Shown: positions 11,897 through 23,266 of the stretch, piece after piece | Layout: each line of letters starts with the position of its first letter | Position numbering within the stretch: position 1 is the stretch's first letter | Assembly: GCA_051530055.1 (NCBI GenBank) | Contig: CM121341.1 | Span: 5,186,784-5,250,783 of the forward strand | Length of the DNA stretch: 64,000 nt | Direction: 5' to 3' | From: Neoechinorhynchus agilis | Taxonomy: Eukaryota > Animalia > Acanthocephala | Notes under the pieces: generated by a model | Seen by the model: the letters and a program-made list of their open reading frames with translations, nothing else | Database searches by the model: none | What the model was told of the DNA's origin: nothing | Translations under genes and position numbers: made by a program

Positions 11897-13625
11897 TTAA
11901 ATCCAAGAATCCGCTTTTGTGCCATTAGTACCAAACAATTCGAGAGTCATTTCGTTTAACACAAAAGATCCATAAGAGTTAGAATTTGTGACATTGACAC
12001 TCCAGCATCCCTGTGGATCCTCGAACCAATGCAATACGGAAGTGAATGTCCAATTTCCAAAACCGAATATAGTGTCCTTGTCAAGGGGACGAAAATGCAG
12101 CATGTAAACTGGGCGTCCGTAAGGAGACGTTAGCTTAATTTTAAGCTTTCCTCTGAAACCAGGATCATCTTCTACTGGTTGTATATCAACTCTCAATCGA
12201 ACATGTTCCAAACTCGTTATTGTCTCAGGAATGGTGAACTTGCGAGCATCCGTACAGACTTCAAATGTTGTTTCCGTCTGCGGATTTATTAATAATGATC
12301 GTGAAACGTTGAAAGGGATTTGACAGGTATGCAGTTCTGGAAAAGTTTTATTCTTCATAGCTTTTGCTCCATCAACAAACCGTTTTGCATCTAATAATCC
12401 AAATCCAAACAAATCACTTACCCACCTTCCAGCTCCGTTTCTCCACCAAAAGTCATTAGAGATAAATTCTGAATGCATTTGTTCAGTACGTCTTGAAGAA
12501 AGGACTATCAAATTCTGAATTTGTCTGTAGCTTAGGTCAGGATTAGCTTCTAGCCCGAGAGCGATGATAGCTGCAACCATGGGTGCTGCCGCTGAAGTTC
12601 CAGAAAAATCATCGATGCAAGAACCAAATGTACCAGCGGTCACAATACCGGATGAATAGTCGTCCCCGGTAAAGGCACTTGTCATGATTGAAGGACATTG
12701 CTCGCTGTAATACGTTTTCCTATGACTTCTTTGGATTCCTGCAACTGCGATGGTGTATAGAGAATTTATAAGTCCGTCGCAAGAACAATGATCGAGATGA
12801 ACACCGCCGTTTCCTGATGCTATAACAAACGGAATTCCCTTTCCATTTCGTCCCAAAAGCGTAGCATCGCTTAGGAATGACTCTTCGGTATCGGTTAAAG
12901 GTCTCAATGTCTTGCCATCATTTATTGGCCCGATGGACATACTGAAAACATCGATGGATGTATTTATGACAGAGTCGTACGTCCAATTCTTGAAAACAAG
13001 TAAAATTCAATATCAAAATTCATAAGAGCTCTAATAGTTCACTTCTCTTGGTTTATAGTATTCAGTAGCAATATTTAGCCTGCTCAAATTAAGATCAGAA
13101 TAGAGTTGCCGTATGGTTCGTACGACTCTGCGTTACAAACGAAGCGAGCGAATTAAATTTCCGGTCTTCACCAAACAGTGTATAATCGCTAGATCTGAAG
13201 TCAACGAGTTTGGAATTGAACGCGATTCCTACTGAACAAAAACTGTTGTTTGGCTTCGCCGCTATTATACCAGCGCAAGCCGTTCCATGCGACAGCCTTG
13301 TATTCTGATCATCTGTGATGTCGTTTCCGGGAATGAATTGTTTTATAAGACTTTCTTTTAGTTCAGGATGATTTGTTTCAATACCTTCATCGATTACGGA
13401 AACGACGACGCCTCTACCAGTGTAACCGTCTGCCCATACGCGATATATGTTCAATCCTGAGCTGTGAAGGTAGAACGATTCATGGAACGATGGATCGTTA
13501 AACGCGGGAAAATCGGGTTCGCTTTGGTCATCTTTTATGGAGCTGGTCCCATTTGGGTAATATGAAAGTTCCTTCGACGATTGAGGAACTACAATGAGGA
13601 CAATCAATAAGCCGAGAGTAAGCAT
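11897..13625 (-). CDS. Furin/kexin-like proprotein convertase, copy 1 (signal peptide, S8 catalytic domain, P domain); one intron 12989-13136
   Basis: VSVIDEGIE (Asp), SHGTACAG (His), ASGNGG (oxyanion Asn), FSGTSAAAP (Ser); P domain LEHVRLRV..RGKL..LTSP. A phase-0 GTAACG..TTCAAG intron joins NSLASF to NWTYDSVINTSIDVFSMSIGP in frame. Confidence 0.9.
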
Positions 13626-14167
13626 CGGTCGTAGAGAAAAGGTAAGTTGTAACGTTTTGTATTTTGAAAACGTCGCAATGTCATTTTAATCCTTGGTTGG
13701 GTCATTCGTTAACTCAAAGTAGAGGGTAAGACGTTCTCTAGAAAATGCAAACGAAATTCGTGAGCTACAGAAAGAAGACAAAACGCTAAAGATCGAGGGC
13801 AACTATTTTTTCGAAGCGGGTAACAAATGGGTTATTCCAGACTGTCCACTTCTTTCCTAAACGTTCCAAGCTCACATCAATGCAGATTACTGCAACTGCG
13901 TTAATTCCATCAAATACATTCGTATGAATGCTAAAACATTAGGTGATTTGGATGTTTTCGACCTCGAAACTGAAAACACTAATCATGAGGTGTTGCAATA
14001 TCAACTACGAAGTTGGTGGATTATCGATTTACTTCTCAATTGCGTGTTATCTTTTCGATTGTCCTTATTTAAGCAAGTTAAGCGGTTGAAAACAAATGAT
14101 TATTTTATACCAATATTTTGGGGTTCGACTCCTTTTTCAGAGTCCTGAGGAAGATAATAAATACAAT

Positions 14168-17100
14168 TCTTAAATCTACAAACATTATGGGACAAATATT
14201 GCGAAGACATGAGTATCAACGTACTCGCAATAGCCTCCCGTTTTTCAACGTAGCCCTTATCCTTTCAGAAGACAGCAGACAACGGGCATGCCTCGAATTG
14301 GCAAGGGACGCCAGAATGGATCTTGTGTTTTTACAAGAATTGCGCATAAGAGGCCAGTAAGACACAGACGTAAATCAGGAGGATTTTGGAGGAGGCTGGT
14401 CATTATCTTACATATCTGCGGACAGTCGAGGAAATGGAGGTGTAGGCGTTTGTTTATCACCCCGCCTCCGAAACTCAGCACTATGCAGTATTATAACTGA
14501 CCGAATCCTTCGTGTCAGCGTAAGGTTTCGGTCGAGAAATCTCTATGCTTTTGGCGTATATTCACCGACCTCCTCGTCGAATGAAGAGGCGGTTGAAGGA
14601 TTTTATGGAAATCTAGCCGAAGCATTAGATGATGTGCCGAACAGAGACACCCTCCTAATAGCCGGTGACTTCAACGCGATTTTACCGCATTCCGAAAGAT
14701 CGCTATATGTGTTGAAAGGCGAGAATCGGAACGGCCGGTACTTGGGTGAGGCGCTGGAACGGCATGATATCGTGTCTGCTAACACTTTATTCCGGAAGCG
14801 TCTGTGGCGTTTGGCGTCGTTTATGGGTCAAAAGAATCCGTCCAAACATGCCATGGGAAAAAATCCCAAGAGACGCTTAGCTCAGTTTGATCATATATTG
14901 TTGAGACGTAGGGAAAAATGTCGGGCCAAAAAACGCTGACACATTCACAGTTGATGGGCTGCCAACCGACCACAAGTTGGTGATGTGTCAGTTGACCATG
15001 AGTGACTCGTTGTTCCGTACGCCTCAACATCCTCCACGTCCGTTCTATGGTGCCCTCGCTAATGAGGAGAAGAGAAAAGAGTTCGATATCGAACTAGAGA
15101 ATCAACTGAGCTCGATGCCAGCTGCTGAAACGGATATTGATTTTTATTACAAGTCAATCTGCGACGCAGTGACCACAGCGGCCCAGAAAACTCTCCCAAA
15201 AATAAGGCGTATAAAAGCTGCAAAGGTTATATGGCAGGAGGACTGTGAATTTATGGCAATGGCTGAGCAGATGAAAACTCTAAGAAAAAGAGGAAAACGA
15301 TCTGAGGCTCGCATTGCAAGTCTTGAACTTGCCAACCTCTATAATGAAAAGCAAAAGGCTTCGATAGAGGATGCAGTTCGCGGGATCGCATATAAGGAAG
15401 GTTTTGTTCGTACCTCCTTAGCATGGAGAGCGATAAACACTCTCACAGGACGATCCCAAAGACAGCCAACTTTGATTGAAGGTCCCTCCCAGGAAATCAG
15501 AAAAAAGAGAATCGCAAATTATTTTGCGGAAATTCTCAATTCGCCATTATCGTCTTTGGAAGCGATTCCTGCACTTCCAAAAGGCACAATCGTCCCAAGC
15601 ACTGAGGCATACTTCACTGGACCGATTTCCGTGAAGGAAGCGATCGCTGCGGCGAAAATGATGCGTGCCGGACGTGCATCAGGCCCAGATTGGATAATGG
15701 CAGAGGTACTGATGTTTGAATCTATTGCCAGAAAAATCATACCGATAACGAATGGCATAATGAATGGTGGCTCAGTACCTTAAATCTGGCAAACGGCGCA
15801 TTTAACAATGATCCCCAAGAAATGCTGCTCGACAAAGGTGGAGGACTACAGAGGTACATCCTTGATGTCCAACACGGCAAAACTTTTCAGCAGCATTTTG
15901 AGACGCCGAATTCAGCCAATCCTCGAACCGTTTCTAAGAATTGAACAGAACGGCTTCAGGAAAGATCGAGGCACCACAGAACACATATTGGCTTTGAGGA
16001 GGATCCTCGATGAGGCACGAATTCATCAAACGGATGTGACGCTGGTATTTGTTGATTTCCGTCGAGCTTTCGATACGGTAAATCGAACGAAGATTGGCGG
16101 TATCTGAAAGGAGTATGGAGTGCCGCCGATCATTGTCACATCCGTTATGGCATTATATAAAAACACAAAGTCCGCCGTAAAGACAGTTGACGGCTTGACA
16201 GAATACTTTTCCACCACTTCAGATGTTCTGCAGGGCGACACATTGGCTCCTTTGCTCTTTATCTTGGTGCTTGATTGGGTAATGAGATGGGCACTACCGA
16301 ATGATGAAGATGGATTTCTTCTGTTGAGGAAAAGAGGTCGCAGGTATCCTGAGATACGCGCCTCCTACATGGCATATGCCGACGACATCGTATTGATGTC
16401 CTCAACTGTCAAAGAAGCTCAACGCATACTAAATAGACTGTGCGAGAGGCGAGTATGATTAGTCTGACCATAAACTTGAAAAAGCCGGAATTCTTGACGA
16501 TTCCGCAAGTCGCGCATACAGTCTCTGGCGAAGGGCCGAATTGCGTTGAGCAATTAAAACAGATAGAGCGGTATGTCTATCTGGGAGCTGCCGTTTCTGA
16601 GGTGAGTGTGGATGTCAGCCGACGGAAAGCTATAGCTTGGAGAGCAATGGGGCAGCTTAAACCACTGTTTGACAGTGAGTCTTTGCCAGATGAACTCCGT
16701 TCGAAGCTGTTCAGGACTCTAATTGAGAGCATTCTCTACTACAATGCAGAGACCTGGACATTGTCACCAACGGCGACGAGGCAGTTGGACCAAAATCATT
16801 CATCTCTCTTACGTGCGGCGTTCAAGGTCAGATAAAGTGACCAACAAAACACTGTATAAGAGAGCCGGAGTCCAACCGCCCAGTGAATATTTGCGCCGCA
16901 GACGACTGCAGTTCACGGGCAATATAATTCGGTCCGAGGCATCTTGCCCACAGGTCGTGCAACACTTCCTTTTCTGGAAGCCAGCGAAATTGTATCGCAA
17001 AGGCAAAGGGAACTGTCGTACATACGATGACCTGATTTTAAGAGACGCGAATTGCTCACATAACAGGACTGCTGTCGTATATTTTAGATCCCTTGCGGAG

Positions 17101-17180
17101 TCTAATTCTATTTGACGGGCTTATACCTACGGTGCAACGGAGGAAAGTACCGTTGCATACAATACAAATACAATACGAAG
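14168..17180 (+). mobile_element. Near full-length, decayed RTE/RTEX-like non-LTR retrotransposon (APE endonuclease + RT)
   Basis: APE motifs VFLQELR, GGVG, YSPT, IAGDFNA, NTLF, FDHIL; RT motifs YRGTSL, EQNGFR, FVDFRRAFDTV, LQGDTLAPLLF, YADDIVL, YVYLG. Stops at 14358, 15781 and 16105 plus frameshifts; 3' stem-loop and AATAC-type tail. The 5' boundary is approximate. Confidence 0.9.
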
Positions 17181-17214
17181 AGATGATCATCCATATTGGC
17201 CACTGATCAATCAA

Positions 17215-17430
17215 TTACCTCCTTGACGAGTTTCCAACGAGAGTGTCGTCCCGAGTGCCTTCAGAACATCCGGTCACAATGCAGACATGTAAGTGTCGGT
17301 GGATGTTTCGGTATTTGCTTCTTCAGCTTCCTTTCTCTAATTCTTGTTAACTTTTTCTCCTCGAAGATCTTGACAATCGAGAGAGTATTGTCCCTGTATT
17401 CTATTTGATGGTCGGCTATCGGCGCACGGC
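17215..17430 (-). mobile_element. 3' fragment of a second RTE-like LINE (C-terminal zinc finger)
   Basis: IADHQIEYRDNTLSIVKIFEEKKLTRIRERKLKKQIPKHPPTLTCLHCDRMF resembles the RTE C-terminus A.DR..WR....FE..R....R..RK....C..C.R.F. Confidence 0.55.
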
Positions 17431-17439
17431 TTTGAGTTT

Positions 17440-18200
17440 CCGGTGATGAACGTGCAGAGTGAAAGAACAATCGCCTCTGCGCCACAAGGTGCACAGCAGC
17501 CTAACCGAGCAGGGCGAAGCAGCATCCCTACTTTTTCCGCGATCCTTTTATTTAAAATTTTTGCTCTTAAGCGGAGCAGTTGTTCCAACTGCAATGGGAC
17601 GGATCCCACCTTCCTTTTTTTGCAATTTCACACAGCGATGCGCCGAAAAATAGCTCAATTGCTTTCGGAATCAACTCTCCCGCTGCGAATTGGTTGACTA
17701 GGCGTGTCAATGCATCCTCAAGGGATTGGGCAGCCTCACCAACTGAAAAGGGAAGTCACATCCTATAGGTGTTGGGACCGCAGCCCGCCAATCCCGTGAG
17801 CTGATCTGTTAGCAAAAGAGGAGATTGCCATCTTTACTTCTGATTTCGATACTAAAAGGTAAGGGATCGTATCGAAAGAGGAGGATTTAACGAAAGACTG
17901 CCGACCGCTGTCACTCAGATGTTTGGAACGAAGAGTTCGTAAAGTTTCTTCGTTATCTTTGGCGAGAGTGTCAATTGATGATAAAAGACGAACAGCTCCT
18001 CTGACATCCTAGTCTGCGAGCTTCGAAGAAAAGCGTTCAGCAAGCGACCGATTTCAGTTTCGGCGGTGGTCAGGCTCCTGGACACGCTCCTTACGTAGCT
18101 CGCATGCCGTTGAGAAGCATTCAGTAAAATTTTCGTCAAAAAAATTATTCGCAACGCAAATTGACGCATCCACAACAACTCTGAGTTAATCTCGATGCAG
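17440..18200 (-). mobile_element. CRE-like (RLE-type) non-LTR retrotransposon relic, N-terminal RT region
   Basis: Minus strand reads SSFANRSAHGIGGLRSQHL*, FFGASLCEIAKKEGGIRPIAVGTT(frameshift)LRLRAK and RPARLGCCAPCGAEAIV, matching CRE-type SF..GSA.G.DGLRPQHL, KKDGGIRPIAVG and QLGVG..GAEA motifs. Confidence 0.75.
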
Positions 18201-18231
18201 TCTGTCAATAGCGAGGTGAATCTCTTTGCGG

Positions 18232-18880
18232 CCGTCGTCGTCGGTGTCGTCGTCGGCGTGGTCGTCATTATCGTCGACGGTGTCGTCATCGGGGTCGTCG
18301 TCGGTGCAAGCACCGGTGTCGTCGGCGGTGGTGACATCGAAGTGGTCATCGGTGTCGTTGTCGGTGTGGTCGTCGGTGGAGGCATCGATGTGGTCATCGG
18401 TGTCGTTGTCGGTGGATACATCGGTGTCGTCGGTGGTGGAGGTGGCATCGGTGTGGTCGTCGGTTGAGGCATCGATGTGGTCATAGGTGTCGTTGTAGGT
18501 GTCGTCGTCGGTGGAAGCACCGGTGTCGTCGGCGGTGGAGGCATCGATGTGGTCATCGGTATCGTCGTCGGTGGAGGCATCGGTGTGCTCGTCGTCGTCG
18601 GTATCGTCGTCGGTGGAAGCATCGGTGTATTCGTCGGTGTCGTCGTCGGTGGAGGCATCGGTGTCTGTGTCGGTTAAGGCATCGGTATCGTCGTCGGTGG
18701 AAGCATCGGTGTATTCGTCGGTGGCAAAGGCATCGGTGTCGTCGTCGGTGAAGGCATCGGTGTCTGTGTCCGTTAAGGCATCGGTATCGTCGTCGGTGGA
18801 AGCGTCGGTGTCGTCGTCGGTGTGGTCTTCGTTATCGTCGACGGTGTGGTCGTCGGTGGAGGCATCGGTGTCTTCGTCTA
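18232..18880. repeat. GC-rich minisatellite, ~24-nt degenerate unit (ggcatcggtgtcgtcgtcggtgga)
   Basis: Recurrent gtc/ggt/gcatcg blocks produce long low-complexity ORFs in several frames on both strands. Confidence 0.9.
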
Positions 18881-18926
18881 GCAATTATTAGAAAGCAGCG
18901 GTCGCACTAATGAATGCTTATAGATG

Positions 18927-21000
18927 CCTCGTTCACTTGGTGAAGCGATTGATCTTCCAGGAATGGATGCTTCTACAATTATTCAAATTTTTTATGCTTC
19001 ACGTCGTGAGCTGAAGAAAGGTCGAATTCAATAGATAAATTGTTTACGAGGTTTATTATGACAGTTATATGCAATTTCTGTGCTCCTTTTAAAAAGAAAA
19101 TTGGAGGTTGATAGAAATTAGGTCGCATTTAAACGTGAGAAGATTTTTCATGCAATAATTTTTATCAAATGCTATCTTTTAAATCCAAGAATCCGCTTTT
19201 GTGCCATTAGTACCAAACAATTCGAGAGTCATTTCGTTTAACACAAAAGATCCATAAGAGTTAGAATTTGTGACATTGACACTCCAGCATCCCTGTGGAT
19301 CCTCGAACCAATGCAATACGGAAGTGAATGTCCAATTTCCAAAACCGAATATAGTGTCCTTGTCAAGGGGACGAAAATGCAGCATGTAAACTGGGCGTCC
19401 GTAAGGAGACGTTAGCTTAATTTTAAGCTTTCCTCTGAAACCAGGATCATCTTCTACTGGTTGTATATCAACTCTCAATCGAACATGTTCCAAACTCGTT
19501 ATTGTCTCAGGAATGGTGAACTTGCGAGCATCCGTACAGACTTCAAATGTTGTTTCCGTCTGCGGATTTATTAATAATGATCGTGAAACGTTGAAAGGGA
19601 TTTGACAGGTATGCAGTTCTGGAAAAGTTTTATTCTTCATAGCTTTTGCTCCATCAACAAACCGTTTTGCATCTAATAATCCAAATCCAAACAAATCACT
19701 TACCCACCTTCCAGCTCCGTTTCTCCACCAAAAGTCATTAGAGATAAATTCTGAATGCATTTGTTCAGTACGTCTTGAAGAAAGGACTATCAAATTCTGA
19801 ATTTGTCTGTAGCTTAGGTCAGGATTAGCTTCTAGCCCGAGAGCGATGATAGCTGCAACCATGGGTGCTGCTAACGTTCCAGAACAATAATCGACGCAAG
19901 AACCAAGTGTACCAGCAGTCACAATACCGGCCGTATTGCCGCCAGCGGTAAATGCACTTGTCATGATTGAAGGGCATTGCTCGGAAAAATACGGTTTCTT
20001 ATGGCTTCTTTTGATTCCTGCAACTGCGATGGTGTATAGAGAATTTATAAGTCCGTCGCAAGAACAATGATCGAGATGAACACCGCCGTTTCCTGATGCT
20101 ATAACAAACGGAATTCCCTTTCCATTTCGTCCCAAAAGCGTAGCATCGCTTAGGAATGACTCTTCGGTATCGGTTAAAGGTCTCAATGTCTTGCCATCAT
20201 TTATTGGCCCGATGGACATACTGAAAACATCGATGGATTTATTTATGACAGAGTCGTACGTCCAATTCTTGAAAACAAGTAAAATTCAATATCAAAATTC
20301 ATAAGAGCTCTAATAGTTCGCCTCTCTTGGTGCCGTATGGTTCGTACGACTCTGCGTTACATATGATGCGAGCGAATTGAACATCCATTCTTTGCAAAAG
20401 ATGGAGAAATCGTTAAGTCTGAAGTCAACGAGTTTGGAATTGAACGCGATTCCTACTGAACAAAAACTGTTGTTTGGCTTCGCCGCTATTATACCAGCGC
20501 AAGCCGTTCCATGCGACAGCCTTGTATTCTGATCATCTGTGATGTCGTTTCCGGGAATGAATTGTTTTATAAGACTTTCTTTTAGTTCAGGATGATTTGT
20601 TTCAATACCTTCATCGATTACGGAAACGACGACGCCTCTACCAGTGTAACCGTCTGCCCATACGCGATATATGTTCAATCCTGAGCTGTGAAGGTAGAAC
20701 GATTCATGGAGCGATCGATCGTTGAACACCGGAAAGTCGGGTTCGCTTTGGTCATCTTTTATGGAGCTGGTCACATTTGGGTAAAATGAAAGTTCCTTCG
20801 AAGATTGAGGAACTACAATGAGGACAATCAATGGACCGAGAATAATCATCGGTCGTAGAGAAAAGATAAGTTGTAACTTTTTAAAAACGTCGCAATGTCA
20901 TTTAAATCCTTGGTTGAGTCAACCATCTATTCAAAGGTGAGAGTAAGAATAATGTTTAACGTGCGCAAACGAAATTCATCAACTACAAAAAGAAAACCAT
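18927..21000. repeat. Segmental duplicate of ~11646-13790 (MTO1 3' end, intergenic DNA, convertase gene)
   Basis: cctcgttcacttggtgaagcg onward matches 11646 onward. It looks identical through the P domain, with patchy divergence upstream of the catalytic Ser region. Confidence 0.92.
19179..20849 (-). CDS. Furin/kexin-like convertase copy 2, open frame but catalytic Ser lost (putative pseudoenzyme); one intron 20268-20360
   Basis: Same architecture as copy 1. tct gga acg tta gca gca ccc gives SGTLAAP, versus tct gga act tca gcg gca gca ccc (SGTSAAAP) in copy 1. Confidence 0.85.
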
Positions 21001-21322
21001 GTTTTCGACAAACTATATAAATTTACCTAAGAGATTTTCCTCTGTATTCTTTGTTCCTGGCTCATTTTCTGACTTTCTCAAATCAAGGTAATTAAAACTA
21101 TGTTCTATTAGATTTTGTTATTCCGGGATTAAAAGCTTCCCGTACAAAAACCCCTTAAGCACTAATTTCAATAAAACAACACAATAGGGACTTTTTTTGG
21201 AGTGCTTTAACAATTGGGTATGTTATGCCAACCGGGTTGCCATATCGTCACCATCACTACAATTATATCGACGGATAAAAGTAGAAGTGTATGCATTTCT
21301 TAAGTGCAGTTAATTTATATCG

Positions 21323-23120
21323 ATGACAGCATCCACAATCTTGGCCATAATCGGGATTACCGGAGTTTTCTATGGAATTGGACTCCATTTCTTTTCTATT
21401 TACTTCTTTATCAGCGAAAAGAAACAACTCCTATTCGTCCTTAAAGTATGGCTAGGGACTGTTTTAAGCGTCGCTCAGTTCGGAACTCCAACGATTACTT
21501 GCCTTGGATGTCTCACCGGTGTGGAAATTCGAAATGTTATGACATGTAAAATTATTCAAATCATCGAATATTCAGTCATCAACTATGTCATTGTCCTCGG
21601 ATTAATAATCACAAGTAGAAGAACATTAGCTGTAACGCAAATGATCGTTTTTTTATTCGCCCGCTTTTTTTTCGTGTGGCCAATCAGAAACCTAGAAATT
21701 TTCGTGTAATCAATAAATGATTTTGAAAATTTTATGTTTTTTTTAATCGAAAATATTTTATTTCAATCAATCTTCATTTCTCGACAATTAACACACTCAC
21801 CACCTCCCGCCAAATTCCAGCCTTTGGCCTTCCTCGACCGTCGCCATCACGCTGGCAGCATTGCCCGGTTGTACTGCTAGCGAGATATTTTGTCGAAGGA
21901 ATACGCCTACTCTTTAATTTTTCTGCCGCCAAATAAAAAGCCACTATTATACATTCCAATATTAACTATGCAATCACCACCGTCCGCAAAATCTTAGCTT
22001 CTCACGAGCATTGCCTCGTTGTACTGCGAGATATTTTGTCGAAGGAATACACCTGCTCGTGTGTAGCCGGTCGTTTCTCTGAATTTCTTCGAGAGATCCT
22101 GGAGCAGAGTGCCGAGCTGCCGAGCGCTCCATACGTCTCTACTCCGAAGGGGACAAAATAGCGAGCCCTCGATAAGTGAATATATTTCCGTATTTTCCTC
22201 CCTTCCGCTGCACTGGCGGCACCACCGGCGATTTCGAGGGAGTAGGGGATGTTGCTGGCTGCGAGGGTTGCGTCCCAGAGAAGGCATCTGCCCTCCCGCC
22301 ACGGGAAGACCGAAATTCCAATCGGGCCTACGGCCGTCTAGTCTACAGAGGTGGGCGGGTTCCAGGATGTTCGGGAAGTTCGCCGTTCTCAACGCCCGAG
22401 AAATTGCGTTATTGATTTCAGAATGGCGTGAGAACCTTCCTGCTGACCTAACGATCATTTGCTATAATGTATCCAAGAATCGCATCTCACCCAAAGATGG
22501 ATCCTACTATAGTATCCATTCTCTTGTTAGTCACAGTTCCTCTTATATACACGGAACACAAAGCTGGATCATCTTACAGAGCAACTCCATTCCTCTGCGA
22601 ACACACACTTTCCTCAAAGCCAATCACAGTCCGAGAAATGTACGGTCGTTATATGTCTCTAACCCTTTTCCCCTTAGTTTGCTACCTTGTAAGCCTTGGA
22701 TTTTGCATTGTTTCAATGACTAGATCCGCATTTGCCAACCAACTTTATATCTCAGACAAACGGATCCATTCGACAATATTTCATCGGGTGCTCATAATGA
22801 CATCGCACATTGCTCTGAATAACTTTTTCTTCTTATTTAAAACTTTTGAGAACAGCCTTCTACGTTTCCGGAATGGTTACGATTTATCACGAAACACGTC
22901 CAATTGGCCAAATCGCCTTACTTACTGTGGAGTGCCAAATCTTCTGTTAGCTGCTTGCTGTAATTTCAGCTATCCATTACCCATTGTCTGTTTCGTACTT
23001 GCGTCCGGATCTCAACGACGAGGTTGGAGTCGTGCCGCTATAACAAACATAAACCGAGCGTATCATTCAATGGTTCAAAGAATCGTAATGCATCATCATG
23101 AGTGCACCAAACAGAAATGA
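21323..23120 (+). pseudogene. Divergent rhodopsin-like 7TM receptor interrupted by an ~830-bp insertion
   Basis: ORF 21323-21709 gives TM1-3 (TCKIIQ..ITSRRTLAV) and ORF 22467-23120 gives TM4-7. Deleting 21636-22467 restores gct gta atg tat cca (LAVMYP, cf. class A LAVCHP) and a 321-aa frame. Confidence 0.7.
21636..22467 (-). mobile_element. Insertion containing CRE-like RLE endonuclease / 3' end fragments (two diverged copies of the C-terminal segment)
   Basis: SAGRFSRHSEINNAISRAL..LEPAHLCRLDGRRPD; TGYTRAGVFLRQNIS; a second copy FLRQNISLAVQPGNAASVMATV; T-rich left end. Confidence 0.75.
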
Positions 23121-23266
23121 TGGTCAAAAAAAAGATTAAAACTCTTAAAAGCAAGTATATTAATTTAAACTTTGAGTTTGAAATGTTGAGAACAAGTCGG
23201 TTTTTAGTGCTTTTACAAAGGTGAGAAAAGTAATGCATAAAACGTTTATTGCGTTGAAATACGCCC

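Noticed and set aside
12941-13136. Apparent frameshift or pseudogenisation of the convertase genes, or a 37-nt mini-exon
   Set aside because: A single phase-0 GT-AG intron restores the frame in both copies; the 55-bp indel between copies lies inside it.
14115-14140. ggttcgactcc B-box followed by a T run (tRNA or SINE)
   Set aside because: No convincing A box or cloverleaf upstream.
18195-18891. Plus-strand Val/Gly, Ser/Val and Arg/His ORFs
   Set aside because: They are by-products of a stop-poor minisatellite.
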